DNA from: Octopus sinensis
Taxonomy: Eukaryota
Reading direction: 5' to 3'
DNA length: 64,000 nucleotides
NCBI RefSeq assembly: GCF_006345805.1
Contig: NC_042999.1
Coordinates: 115,630,001 to 115,694,000, forward strand
In this document: positions 12,321-25,866 of the stretch, in pieces
Layout of the letters: each line of letters opens with the position of its first letter
Numbering within the stretch: position 1 is the stretch's first letter
The notes under the pieces: generated by a model
What the model was told of the DNA's origin: nothing
Databases searched by the model: none
What the model saw: only the letters and a program-made list of their open reading frames with translations
Position numbers and translations under genes: made by a program

Positions 12321-13914
12321 AAATATAACATACTATCAATTGTATATTTTATATACCTAATTTATGTCATATTATTGTGACTATAACATATAGTGATTAA
12401 GCATAGAAGACTTTTCACATTAAAAATATAGATTTTTAAATATTTGCTTTATTCATGAATTAAAACACTCCTATCTCCATCACTATACGTATTAATATAT
12501 TTATACTCTGTCTAACCTTTAATACTTTTAATGATTCCAGTAATTGGACTGTTATTTATAATTTATGGCAACTATATGCCATTGACTGGTACATCCATAT
12601 ATATATATATATATATATATATTGCATGTGCAAATCCTCCGTTAAAATGGAATGCGCTAACCCTTTGTTCATTCCCACTTTGTGAACAATATTTCATTCA
12701 ACGTAAATTCGTGCGCCACTGATCAATTAATTCTTACTTCACTAAGCTTTGCGCACATTAGAAAATGTAATATTTACTGTTTTTATTTATAAGAACACCT
12801 TTTGTTAGAGTGCGATGAACGACTGATTCGATGTCTGTAACACAGATGAAGCCTAACGGTGCAAAAACACATGCGCTCCACAGATCGAAGATGTCATTCA
12901 TAGTCCAATGGTGTATTTTCGTACTTACTCTCTATAGGGAGAAGTTTCTTCTGGTTCAGCAGTGAAAAGTCTTCCTACGTTCACGTGTACATGAACGTGT
13001 TAAATATGATTGTATACACACGCATATACACACACGCCGCAATACATGCTTTCATAAAAATATGTAGTCAGATATATGCCTGTAAGCGTGCATTTTTTGG
13101 CGCACGTTCTTTTATTATTGTATTTGTATGTATGTGCGTTTATATGAGTGCCCATGCATGTGTATGTGATGAATCATTCATAATATATGTGTCCCAACAT
13201 AATTAATGCTCGCCTGTATTTGGCTTAAGGTGTTAACCTATAGCTGACCTCAGGTAAGTCTTTCCAACTTCAAAATAAAAAGAATGGCATTTAAAATCTG
13301 TGAATGTCACTAGATGACATGTTTTTCCAGAACCTTTACTTATGTATTTGAAGAACTAAGAGACAGAAGCATTTTAGCTGAAACGCATAGATAATAGAAC
13401 CAAACGTTGTTACTCTTATCTTTAGACTACACCAAAAATCAAGCCACGTAAGCTCTAATTCTTCACATGTAACCTACATAGTCAAAACCTCACTACATCC
13501 CAAACAACTAGTCTACCGTTGCCATGATGAAAGCAGCAGTCATGTTATTATCGTCAAATACGCTAAGCAGACTAATCTTTCTCCTCTCTCCCTCTTTATA
13601 TATACTACACTCTTTTTCACATCCTGTTTGTATTATACATTAATATTCCTTCACACGGATTCATGTATGCTTTTCTTCTTATAGAAAATTATTTATTACT
13701 AAATATAAAATCTAAAATTAGAATAATCCACTCGATTAGGGAAATCAAATAAAAAGGAAACCTCACCAAACAGAAGCGAATTAGTTCTGTACTGATGATA
13801 AAAGATCTCAAGAAAGCACATCTCATTTCGAGTGAAAACTACCAAAATTTCGCAAAATTTACAAGAGTTGCCCTCAAATGTGGTTTTCCAGCCAATGTTC
13901 ATTGATAATAAAAT

Positions 13915-14133
13915 AATGTTTTCAGCTCCAGGTACAAGGCCCAAAATTTTGGGGAAGGGGGCCAGTCGATTAGATCGACCCCAATACGCAACTGGTACTT
14001 AATCTATCGACTTCAAAAGGATGAAAGGCAAAGTCGACCTCGGCAGAATTTGAATTCAGAACGTAAAGACGAACGAAATGCTGCTATACATTTTGCCCAG
14101 GATGCCAATGATTCTTTCAGCTCGCTGCCTTGT
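13915..14133 (-). mobile_element. tRNA-like SINE, family IV (ATT-tailed)
   Basis: Minus-strand head AAGGCAGCGAGCTG...GAATTCAAATTCTGCCGAGGTCGACTTTGCCTTTCATCC; related copies at 27.2-28.0 kb and 60.9-61.3 kb. Confidence 0.75.
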
Positions 14134-14144
14134 GAATAATAATG

Positions 14145-14224
<80 letters not shown>

Positions 14225-14233
14225 AAGAAGAAG

Positions 14234-16794
14234 AAGAACTGGGAAAAAATAAAATAGAAGTCACTGCAGCACCAACGGCAGAAGAATTGGAAGAATTCTG
14301 GAGAGAAATATGGTCGGCGAACGAACAGCCAAAAAAAAGGAGTATCAAAATAACAAACTCGGCATCTGAACAACTTTGGACCCCCATAACAACTGAAGAG
14401 GTCACCCAGGCACTGCAAAAACTAAGCAACTGGAAGGCACCTGGGCATGACAAGATCCCCAACTTCTGGTTGAAATATCTAACAGGAATGCACAAAAAGC
14501 TGGCTGAAAACTTTAACAGCATACTAGCAGAGCCAGAGACAATGCCTGAATGGCTCACGAAGGGGAAAACCATCTTAATTCCCAAATCAAATGAAACAGC
14601 AAAACCAGAAAACTACAGACCAATAACCTGCCTCCCTACTATGTTCAAGGCATTTACTGCAGTGATATCGCAAAAGCTGAACAAGCACCTGGACGAAAAC
14701 AAACTGTTCCCAGAAGAGCAGAAAGGATGCCGCAAAGGCTCATATGGCTGTAAAGATCAACTAATGATTAATAAAGCCGTAACTGAAGACAGCCACAGAA
14801 AGAAGAAAGGCCTCAGTATGGCCTGGATTGACTACAAAAAGGCGTTTGATAGCATCCCCCACACATGGATCCTCGAAACACTAGCCATTAACAAAGTAGC
14901 ACCAACAATCATAAAATTCATAGAGCACTCTATGAATAAATGGCAAACAGTCCTACACCTCCAAACAAAAGAGGGACTCATGAAAACCAAAGATATCCCC
15001 ATTAGAAGAGGAATATTCCAGGGAGACACGCTCTCTCCACTCCTTTTCTGCTTGGCACTGTCACCTCTATCTGATATGCTAAATAGAACTGGATGCGGAT
15101 ATAAATGTTACGGCAAAACGATCAGCCACCTTTTATATATGGATGACCTAAAACTATACGCTGCAAATGACAAACAGCTGGAAACACTATTAAAGACAGT
15201 TCATGGATTTACCAAAGAAATAGATATGAAATTTGGATTAGAAAAATGCGCCAAAGTAACCCTGAAAAGAGGAAAACTAGTTAAGCGTAACAACATCACA
15301 CTAGATAAAACCAATGAAATAAAAGAATTAGACCAAAGCCAAACTTACAAATACTTAGGAATCCATGAACTAGATAAGACACAACACACACAAATGAAAG
15401 AGAAAATAAAAAAAGAATATTATAGACGAGTTAGATCAATACTAAAAACAGAGCTCAATGCTAAAAACAAGATAATAGGTATCAACACTTTAGCTGTCCC
15501 AGCTATAAGTTACAGCTACAATATTCTTAACTGGACACGAAATGAACTGTCCAAAATAGATAGGAAAACAAGAAAAATACTGACAGGATCTAGGATGCAT
15601 CACCCAAAATCTGACATAGAAAGACTATATATACAACGTATAGAAGGTGGTAGAGGCCTTATACAGCTGGAAAACTACTATAAAATAACCACCATAGGAC
15701 TGCAAAAATACCTGCTTCAGAAGGAAGGAAAACTGATCCAGATAGCAGCAAAACACGAGCAAAACAAAAAACTGTTCTCAGTATTTAAGGAAGCTGACAA
15801 ATACAAACAAGAAATCATACCACCTAATAAACATGAAGAAGAAGAAGAAGATGATGAAGAAACAACAAAAGCTATAAAACAAATGAAATCCAAACTAAAA
15901 ATAGAACAGCAACGAACCATGATAAAACGATGGCAAGAAAAGCCCCTTCATGGTAAATACTGCACTAAACTAAACGCAAAAGAAATAGACAAAGAAAAAT
16001 CCCAGCAATGGTTGAGAAGCTCAGGACTCAAAGCAGAAACAAAGGGATTTTTAATTGCAGCACAAGACCAAAGCCTCCCCACCAAAAATTACCAAAAGCA
16101 TGTAATGAAAAGAAATATTACAAGTAACTGCAGAATATGTGGAGATGGACAAGAAACAATAAATCATATTATTTCTAGCTGCCCAGTCCTGGCTAAGAAG
16201 GAATATATTCACAGACATGACAGAGTTGGAACCTACATACATTGGAAGCTATGCCAACATTATGGAATAACAACAGAAAAAAGATGGTATAGGCACACAC
16301 CAGAAAAGGTCACAGAAAACGAGAAAGCAACCATACTCTGGGATATGCCGATACACACAGATAGAGAAATTAAGGCCAACAGACCAGATATAGTTGTCAG
16401 AGATAATGAAGAAAAAAATGCTTTCTAATTGATGTATCAATACCGGCAGATGACAACGTGTCTCTAAAAGAAATGGAGAAACTCTCAAAATACAAAGACC
16501 TGGAAATAGAGGTAACTAGAATGTGGAATCTGAAAACAGAAACAATTCCTATCATAGTAGGTGCATTAGGCATGATAAAAAAATATTCAGACAAATACAT
16601 AACAAAAACACCAGGACTTACAAACACATATAACATACAGAAAATTGCACTACTAGGCACTGCACACATCCTACGCAGAACACTTTCCATACAATAACCA
16701 TCAGAGCATCACAACAAATCACAGCACATACCCAAGGCACACAGAGCTGCGCTCGGTAGTGAAGTGAAAGCACGCTATAAAAATAAAACTACTG
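14234..16794 (+). mobile_element. 5'-truncated, young R4/Dong-like LINE, family A copy 2
   Basis: RT, CCHC and endonuclease regions plus 3' UTR. Preceded by (AAT)n(GAA)n at 14134-14237 and followed by (AAT)n. Confidence 0.97.
14287..16697 (+). CDS. RT / CCHC / restriction-like endonuclease ORF of LINE family A, with one -1 frameshift in an A run at ~16417
   Basis: 713-aa ORF, continued by KCFLIDVSIP...KYKDLEIEV...GTAHILRRTLSIQ* in the next frame. Confidence 0.92.
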
Positions 16795-16959
16795 AATAAT
16801 GATAATAATAATAATAATAATATAATAATAATAATAATAATAATAATGATGATAAATAATGACGACGACAATGATGATGGTACTTTTGATAATGTGTGTG
16901 TTTCCGCGCGCGGATACGAGAGAAAGAGAGAGAGAAAGAGATAGACAGATATACAGAGA

Positions 16960-17000
16960 ATATGTGTGTGTGTGTGCGTGAGTGTGTTAGAGAGAGAGAG

Positions 17001-17048
<48 letters not shown>

Positions 17049-17049
17049 C

Positions 17050-17099
<50 letters not shown>

Positions 17100-17105
17100 G
17101 AGATA
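16960..17105. repeat. (TG)n(GA)n(GATA)n microsatellite
   Basis: Seen directly in the sequence. Confidence 0.95.
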
Positions 17106-18827
17106 GGGAGTACAGTTTGAAATCTCAGCAAGAGAACAAGAACGATAGACTATATGCATTTTATTAAAAGCTGTTTCTCGAGACACGTCAAGATGAAAAG
17201 ACAGATCTAAAATTGCTGTGTATTAGTTTTAAATACGTAAATGAAAATAATTGATGTAATTCCACTCCCTATCTTTAGAAAGAAGCCTAAACACGACACG
17301 AGTTACTTATTTTCAGTTGTTCAATTGAAATGAAAACGAAATAATCTGAAACGTTAGATTTCAATAGACATTTACAGTGTATCTGTTGTAGATAGTGTTG
17401 TAGTAAGAGAAATGATGTCAGAAGCAAAATTTATGATCTGGATCTCAGTTGAAGCAAGGAAACCAGTGTATTTGATGGTGATGTATAAAACAACAAATAA
17501 CGGAGTGGAATGCAAAGCGGAGGAAATCTGTGGCGCATCCTAAATGGTATAACAGTTGAGTAATGGTGAGCAGTTTTTAGTTTCACCCTACTGTCATCTG
17601 AAGTAAGGTTCTACCATATTCAGTTTTACTTTAAACCCAGTTAATCGGAAACGATAAAATAAACAGCAGCAGTTACGCGCCGTCTTCTTTTTTGCAAGCA
17701 TGTAACCTGCACTTAAATTTCATATCAAATGCTTTTTCCATTATGCAAACGGTCGTAAAAGGCAGAAGGCTTGCCGTCCCATTGCTTCAATATATTTGAA
17801 ACTGATACAGATGACGTATACCCTTTTAGATTAGTGCTTTTCAACGTAAGCAATGCTGTCCCTAGGGGATGGGTGGAAAATTTATATGGATACTGGGATA
17901 CGGATGGATGCAACTGTACAGTTTTTTCTTCAACGCCTAGTATTATTTAAATATTAATTAAAAAAAATAAAGGTAATATTATGACAATCATTTTCTTAAC
18001 CAAAATCGCAACAACAATGACAATAACAAGACGATAATAATAGACTTCGAATATATACTATGTGTGTAAATTGCATTCGCTATTAGTTGGGTGATGCTGT
18101 GGTAAGTTGTCATTCGTGTCAAATGGTCCTCGTAGTTAAATTACTTTGATATAATATTACGTGTATGCACATTAGAAATGTCGGAGTCTTTGAATTGTAG
18201 CAAGAATGTATTTAAATGAAGCAAGTGGACGTTGAACTGTGGCAAGTGGGCGTTGAATTGTTGCAAAGGGCGTTGAAAAGTGTGAATAGAACAAAAGGAG
18301 AGAAAGTTAAGAGTTTGAGAAACATTGTTTTAGACGAAATATATGTAGAATATTATGAATATCCGGTTGCTACTTTTATATAAAAGAATTTCATTATTTA
18401 TTTTGTTTAAATGATTATAGAAGAGGAAAGAAATAAAATATAAAATAATTTGAAATTTAATAAAGGCTAGCAGTTTCGATGTAAGATCCAATAAATTTGT
18501 GAATTTATATTAACCCGCCAGAATATAGTTTCTATCTAGTTCGATAAAAGGAATGGCATTATGTCAATGTGATTAACGATAAATTTCAACCGGCATCGTA
18601 GCGTGATGGAAGTTTCTGGCATGTCAATCAAATATGTTTAAACGGTTTCAGCCTCAAACTGAAATATTTTCTCTTAAGTTGTTTATAAAATTGAGAAGAT
18701 ACAAACGCCACAAATTTCAATTTCTCTACTTTAAATGTGTGTAAGAAAATAGTATTTTGTTGCTGAATTACTACAGGCTATGTTGCCTTATGTAACTGTT
18801 CTCCAATATCTGTAACACATACACTGC

Positions 18828-18861
<34 letters not shown>

Positions 18862-19031
18862 CAAACTGTGACATTCAAACATTTCACAAAAGTATTATCG
18901 GCGCAAATAAGACAAATTTCCTACAGCTGGCGATCGAGTTCAAATAGTGATTTAATTTACCATAGGTTTACCTTTTACTTTTCTGGTTATTATTTTGCTT
19001 ATTTAATATTTCTAGTTATCATAATTAACAG

Positions 19032-19115
19032 CAATTTACTACAAATATACAGTCTCTTAAAAATATGTGTAATGAAAATATTAACCAAAACCAAAATTTG
19101 TATATCCGTTGCGAG
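19032..19115 (+). CDS. Weak candidate coding exon of an unknown gene
   Basis: TTAACAG| 84-nt open frame QFTTNIQSLKNMCNENINQNQNLYIRCE |GTAAGT. No homology recognised. Confidence 0.2.
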
Positions 19116-20753
19116 GTAAGTTATTCTTTGAAGAATGAGTTAGCTTAATTAGGTATCAATGTTATGAAAATATATAATTGGCAGTCAAGGTAATGAATAT
19201 GCAAAAATTCTGCTGGTTCCTAAAGAACATCAAATCAACTCTGAATAGGTCTTTTAAGTTTTCTGAGAGTTCTTAAATATAATTAAAACAAGATGTTGAA
19301 AATATATCTCACAGCATATCTACTGCATGAATATCTGAAAAATAATCATTATGTGTATTAATTAACTTTGATTCAGTTTCTAACACGGTACTAGACAGGA
19401 ATGATTTAAAACAAATCTTGACGACATACATTCTGCAGAACTTTCTCGTGTGACTCGTATTGATTCTGGCAATAACAATAGCTTATTAGAAAACTAAAAT
19501 ATTAACTCTTTGAAACTGCTGCAAATATCTGTATGTACTTCACACAGATAATTTTGTATAATCTGCTTCTATAATTAAGGAATTAAAATTCAGGATCAAA
19601 ACTAATCTATCTCTTGCAATCCCATAATCATAAAATGATAAAATAAAAGCTATCTAGTGTCAATAAAATTAATTAAAATTCTGCTATTTTCTCTACTCTT
19701 AATTGAGTCATATACTTTTATTCAGATTTAGCGAACAAGACAATATATTACAAAAATTGAAAGCTCTGCAAGATGTCGAATGCTATATTTATTCATGAAA
19801 TTGTTGTTGCTGTTTACTCTCAGATCACTATTGATCGAACAGAAGTATTTTCATTTTGACCACTCTATCCTTTTTTTTCAAATATATCTGAAACTATATT
19901 ATCCGCTATGTTCTTCTATTTTTTAACACCTACCGGAATTTTATAGAAAGTTGGCTACTTTTACTTGCAGGTTAAGTAACTGCATAATTTTCTCGCCGAC
20001 TCGATCACAGAAGGCACCGGGCCGTTGCTGAGGACCGGTTCATTATGAAATTCTAAATATTTTTTGACGTAATTGAAACTTTTTTAGTTTCAGTAACAGA
20101 AAATTTCCATTCACTATATAATTTCATTTTATGTCCGATTTTCTGGTAATTTAATAATTTTAATGACATGAATAATTTCTTAATTTAAAAACAATATTAT
20201 ATTTAAAATAATTTCATTCACATTAACATATCTTCCGTAATTTATGGAAAAAGCATTTTCACTCTTTGAATCTAATTTTTCATGTGAATTTTATTTTTAT
20301 AGCAGCAATAAATATTCCTTGAGTAAAAAGCTTTCCAGATACTCTTGGTGCTTTGGCAAGGGAATAAGTTTTGTTTATCGATCGATGTAAAAAATGGGGA
20401 GATGGAGACAATAGGAGCAGGAACAAAAAGGGAGACAATAAGAATATTGCACAAACTATTGGAAACAACAAGAGACCAAGTCGTAAAATTACCTACCAAA
20501 TGAGATACTATTGGTTTAAAAACTTAAGGCACTGAACTGGAAAGTAGACTAAGTTACGAAATTCGTGTTTTGGGCTGGTATGTTCTGAAAAAATGTTAGT
20601 GAATTTAAGCAAAACAGGGATTTCATTAACGGGAATGTGAAATATCTTAGTGTAAACAGTGGCATAATCATCGAAATACACGATTGGGGCGATATAAACG
20701 GAATAAGAGCGGGCAAATGAAATAAGCTGTTACTGGTATGTATGCATGCATAA

Positions 20754-20850
<97 letters not shown>

Positions 20851-20986
20851 TGTGTGTGTGTGTGTATGTGTGTGTGTGTGTATGTGTGTGTGTGTACGTA
20901 TGACTGTATGTGCGCACGCACACACGTACACACATGCACACACAATCGCACGCGCACACACATGTCGGAACTAGGGCTCCTGGCAC

Positions 20987-21134
20987 CTGGAGTGTCAGAA
21001 GGCGCTCGCAGCCCTCAGCCAGTCGGACAATGCGGTCGGTGGATGTTCGGCACTGAAGTTCTATAGGAGATAGATAGCGGGCAAGAGCGGTGACGTCTTC
21101 GGGGAACTTCGGGGCATTGGGAGAGATCAATTGG
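20987..21134 (-). CDS. Weak candidate coding exon of the unknown minus-strand gene
   Basis: GC-rich open frame QLISPNAPKFPEDVTALARYLSPIELQCRTSTDRIVRLAEGCERLLTLQ. Phase fits the exon at 26519-26586, but both splice sites are weak. Confidence 0.2.
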
Positions 21135-21405
21135 CTGTTTTTTTTGGAAGAGTTTCGGGCCGGTGCTTATAGATAATTTTCAGAAATCTCTGACCTGGCA
21201 GTGCTACCGGGTTGGAGTGGGGGCTGTTCCGGTTCGAGACAAGCCCTAGAGGCACAGAACCTGTCCGATGAAACTGTCAAATGAACCTGTGTAATGTCCA
21301 GCCATTGCTGACTTGTAGAGCTTTGTGCCTTCCCTTTCCACCCTTTCCACATGTGATGCATGTGCCCGGTGTACACTTATCATCATCATAATGATGATGA
21401 TGATG

Positions 21406-21460
<55 letters not shown>

Positions 21461-22650
21461 TAATAATAATAATAATAATAATAAAACTTATGCCAGATCG
21501 TCATCGCCCGGGACAAGGACCGCATTATCCAGTGGGAGAACTAGACTGGGATAGAAAAGTCTGCTGCTGGAACAAACTCTCTCTCAAAAAAAAAAAGAAC
21601 TACCAGGTAACGAGAAACAGAATAACCCTAACCGTAGACCTGTAGTGACACCACCAAAAACACCATCTAAAGCAAAACGCATAAACTGGACTAGATAGAA
21701 TTATAGAGACATGTTGAAAGCTTTCTATACAGCCCAACTAATCTAAACAATAACCTCATTGTAGAAGCATACACTTCATAGGGGAACTTAGTAAGCAACG
21801 AAGTACGCAGATATATAGACACAAATAAATTAAGTAATGTACGTAGAGACATCATTAAGAATAAAAAGGTTAACTGACGCTGAAATTAGCCAAATTAGGA
21901 CACAAATATCTCATGGTAGACCAAATGAAAACAGCAATCTATTTCATCATGCTGATGAAATAGGTAACAGATGCACAGAACCCAGTGCACGAACAGTACA
22001 TCTGAACGATGAAGCTGAAGAAAGAATAGCGAAGAACAGATATGCGGAAAAAAGAGGAGAAAGTAGACCTACCTCACGAACGCCAGAATATATATGACAC
22101 AGAATTTGAGGAGAATAATAAAGAGATCATAGAAGCAAAAGAAGATACTATGAGAGAGCGCAGCAAGACTGAATTTACTGACATGATCAATAGAGAACCG
22201 CAATCAAAACTCTCAAACAGTATAAAATATAACAATACAATCATGATATATAATGTTGCTCTTAGACAGATCTTAAGAAATAAAATAAATGACCTAACAA
22301 CCTTAAATAACCTCACTTATTCCACTGCTAAAGTTGTAACCGCTCAACTAGGTATCAGGACGACACAGAAAAAGATCAACCATGTCAATAGACCTAAGTG
22401 TAAAGTAGCAATACAAAAAGAGATCGAATTTTTGCGGGCGGATATATTAGTTCTCGATGAATTTGCTAGAGGAGTAGATGTTAAGACGAAACAAGCTAGA
22501 AGAATCAAGCAAAAATATAAAACTCAAAGATTTTATAGACTTCCCTACAACCAAGGGAATAGTGAAGCAACGAATACAACTGAAAACCCAACCGCTCAGA
22601 ATGTATGACAAGAGAATCGAATTTTATCGACAAAGTATTCAAGACGGATG

Positions 22651-23650
22651 TTCTTTTTATTATTTTTTTTATTCTTTTACTTGTTTTAGTCATTTGACTG
22701 TGGACATGCTTCAGCACCACCTTTAACAGTACAAATAGACCCCAAAACTTTTTATTAGGACTGTATTTGGCAGTAATTATTAGGACTGCATTTAGCAGTA
22801 ATTACTTCCAATTGCAGTCCTAATAATAAGTTCTCTATTGAATTCTTTATTGAATTCAATGGAATTCAATAGAGTTCTCTATTGAATTCTACGAGGTATG
22901 AACTCGTACAAAGTTTCAATTGTTTCTAAAGGAATTGTTATCTATTCTTCAGCTAAAACAGTCTCTAGCACTTGTAGTGATGATAGTGGAGGATATCGAC
23001 TCCTTACTTGTTTTACTAAAATGCACCATAAATGTTCAATAATATTGAGATCTGGGGACTGTGGTGGCCAGATAAGATGTTCAATTTCACTAAAATGTTC
23101 CTTATGCCATTCAGTAACAACTTTAGCTGTGTGAATTGGTGCATTATCATCTTGAAAGATTGCATTTCCCTCCGGAAACAGTTCCGCAAACATAGGATGA
23201 ATTTGATCAGATAAAATACTTAAATAATTTTGACTATTAATTCTGCCACGAAGGGAAACCATTGGGCCGGCGGATCATATACGAGGACCAGCAAGTCCGA
23301 GAGATCTGCCGTTTTAATGAATTTTAATTACCTTTTTACTGATGATATCTGAAAAGAAACAGCAATTATAGCAAAACATATTAAGCAATACTAGTAATAA
23401 ATCAACAAACATAAAAAGAAACTAGCTTTTGACGGTTTTATAGATATTTTAAAATTATGATGCTCTGATGCTAGGTGTTTCCATTATATACGACGGGCTT
23501 CTTTCAGTTTCCGTCTACCAAATTCACTCACAAGGCTTTGGTCGGTCCGAGGCTATAGTAGAAGATATTTGCCCAAGGTTCCACGCAGTGGAACTGAACC
23601 CGGAACCATGTGATTAGGACGCAAGCTTCTTACCACTCAGCCATTCCTGC
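22651..23650 (-). mobile_element. SINE family I split by a Tc1 insertion (tail 22651-22726, head 23489-23650)
   Basis: Head GCAGGAATGGCTGAGTGG...; tail TTAAAGGTGGTGCTGAAGCATG...AAACAAGTAAAAGAA. The flanking LINE rejoins as GACGGATG/CAAAGAC. Confidence 0.8.
22727..23488 (-). mobile_element. Internally deleted Tc1-like transposon with DD36E spacing
   Basis: ORF 22942-23262 has FQDDNAPIH...WPPQSPDLNIIE. An N-terminal remnant ADLSD lies at ~23310 and a partial TIR GGTGTTTCCATTAT at 23474-23487. Confidence 0.8.
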
Positions 23651-25816
23651 AAAGACATTTTATAGGGAAATTGGCAAAAACAAGATAGATATAAAGGAGC
23701 CACCTAAGACTGAGGAAATGGAAGAGTTCTGCAAGAAGATATGGAACAACAAAAAAGAATATAATGCTGAAGCTCATTGGATAGAACTTGAGAAAGTGAG
23801 ACTGGATGAAGTTGAAGAGCAGAAATGGGAGGCAATTGGAGTAGAAGAGCTAAGATGTGTTCTTAGAAAGACTCACAAATGGAAAACCTCAGGAATGACT
23901 TCTGGCTGAATTGTTTGACAGAAGTACATCAAAATTTTGCTGCATCATTCACTGATGTCGTCTACAACTCAGAGTACATACCTGCCTGGCTGACCGAAGG
24001 AACAACATATCTTCTATCAAAAACTGAAGACACGAAAGATCCAAAGAACCATTGACTAATAACATGTCTCAACATCACCTACAAGATCCTCACATCGATA
24101 CTGAAAGGATATACGCTTTCCTTGAATAGAGATCTATCCTACCATAAGATCAAAAAGGTTGTAAAAGGAATTCTTATGGATGCAAAGATCAATTACTCAT
24201 AAATAAAATGATTGTAGAGAATAGCCTGGGTAAAAAGAAGAACCTGACTATGGCATGGACAGACTACAGGAAAGCTTTTGATTGTGTCCCACATAATTGG
24301 CTGCTCAAGGCCCTTGAGATATATAGGATTTCTCATGTCGTTTCCAAATTATTTAAAGGTAGCATGGCTAAGTGGAATACACGTCTCCTCTTACACCATA
24401 GTAATGAGATGAGCCAATCTAACATCAACATCAAGCGAGGCATCTTTCAAAGAGACTCCCTCTCCCCATTACTCTTTTGTACGGCATTGATCCCACTGTC
24501 AAACGAATTGAATAACACTAGGTATGGGTTCAAAGTGTATAATATTATTGTAAACCATCTATTTTATATGGACGATCTGAAGCTGTTCTGAAATGACGAA
24601 GAGCTAGTAGGGCTGTTAACTGTTAAAGAGTTCAGCAATGATATTGGGATGGATTTTGCCGTCCATAAGTGTGCTAAAGCAACTTTTATAAGAGGCAAGC
24701 TCAAATAAACAGCTTCCATTAAATTAGATAATGACACTACTATCAAGGAGCTTGACCCACAACAAAGCCATAAATACTTGGAGATAAACGAAGGAAATGG
24801 TACATGACATGCACTATGAAGGAGAAAATAAGAAAGGAATATTAGAGGCGAATAAGACATATACTAAAACTGAACTCAACTCCAAACATTACATCGAAGC
24901 CATTAACACCCTGGCACCTCCAGTAGTCGAATATAGTTTTAACATCATTAACTAGTATCTAACAGAGCTTCAACGCTTGGACAGGAAAACAAGAAAACTA
25001 CTAACATCTAAGAACATGCACCACCCAAAATCAGACGTTGAATCGTCTGTATCTTCCTAGAAGTAATGGAGAAACAAGATTGATACAAGTAGAGCTGTGC
25101 TATAAGACATCTAAAATACCAATGAACAAGTACTTATCTAGTACAAAGGATTGGATGCTGTGGCTTGAGTGCAAACACGAAAACAGCAAAAAATCACATT
25201 CTATTGTCAAAGAAGCTTGCAAATTTGCGAAGGAACTCGACATTAACCCTGAATTAGATAAAGAACCTGAAATCATTGCCGCAAAAAAGCACAACGGATC
25301 AAGTAGACTGCAAAAAAGAATGGGTAGAAACAAAATGAGGAGCGGTGGCGCCAGAAGCCTCTGCATGGACAATATATACTGATGTAAACCGAAATGCTGA
25401 TGTAAACCAAACAACAACCCATCGGTGGCTGAGAAGCTCAGGACTGAAAGCAGAGACTGAAGGTCTCATAATCAAAATTTACTTACCAGGCTAACGTTCT
25501 TCAAAAAGGTTCTAACTCTAAATGCAGATTCTGTGATAAATTTGATGAAACAATAGACCATCGCGTCTCGGCTTGTCCTGTGCTGACACCAAGCGAATAC
25601 AAAAATCGCCATGATAGGGTAGGACAGTATTCAAATTAGAAAATATGTAAATACTAAAAAAATCAGCACTCCTGCTTACTGATATTGACATCATTCTGAG
25701 CCAGTCGTTGAAGGGGAAAAAGGTCATTATCTGCTGGGATTTTTCAGTCAACACCGACAGAACAATTGAGGCTAAATGACCAGACATAGCCACTACTACT
25801 ACTACTACTACTACTA

Positions 25817-25866
<50 letters not shown>

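Larger units (their letters stand above)
21485..25791 (+). mobile_element. Decayed R4/Dong-like LINE, family C: 5' end apparently present, 3' end lost, with a nested insertion at 22651-23647
   Basis: Starts after (GAT)(AAT)n. N-terminal KRLTDAEISQI is homologous to family B; RT motifs DYRKAFD, GIFQRDSLSP and YMDD; AEADGL-like GLKAETEG region. Ends at the endonuclease PD motif in (ACT)n(AAT)n. Confidence 0.9.

Noticed and set aside
13230-13260. Perfect CAG|GTAAGT donor on the plus strand
   Set aside because: No supporting acceptor or open exon; isolated donors are expected by chance in 64 kb.
18221-18285. Three 21-bp tandem units; similar tiny duplications at 34240, 35365, 52170 and 60636
   Set aside because: Ordinary local slippage duplications without spacers, so not CRISPR-like.
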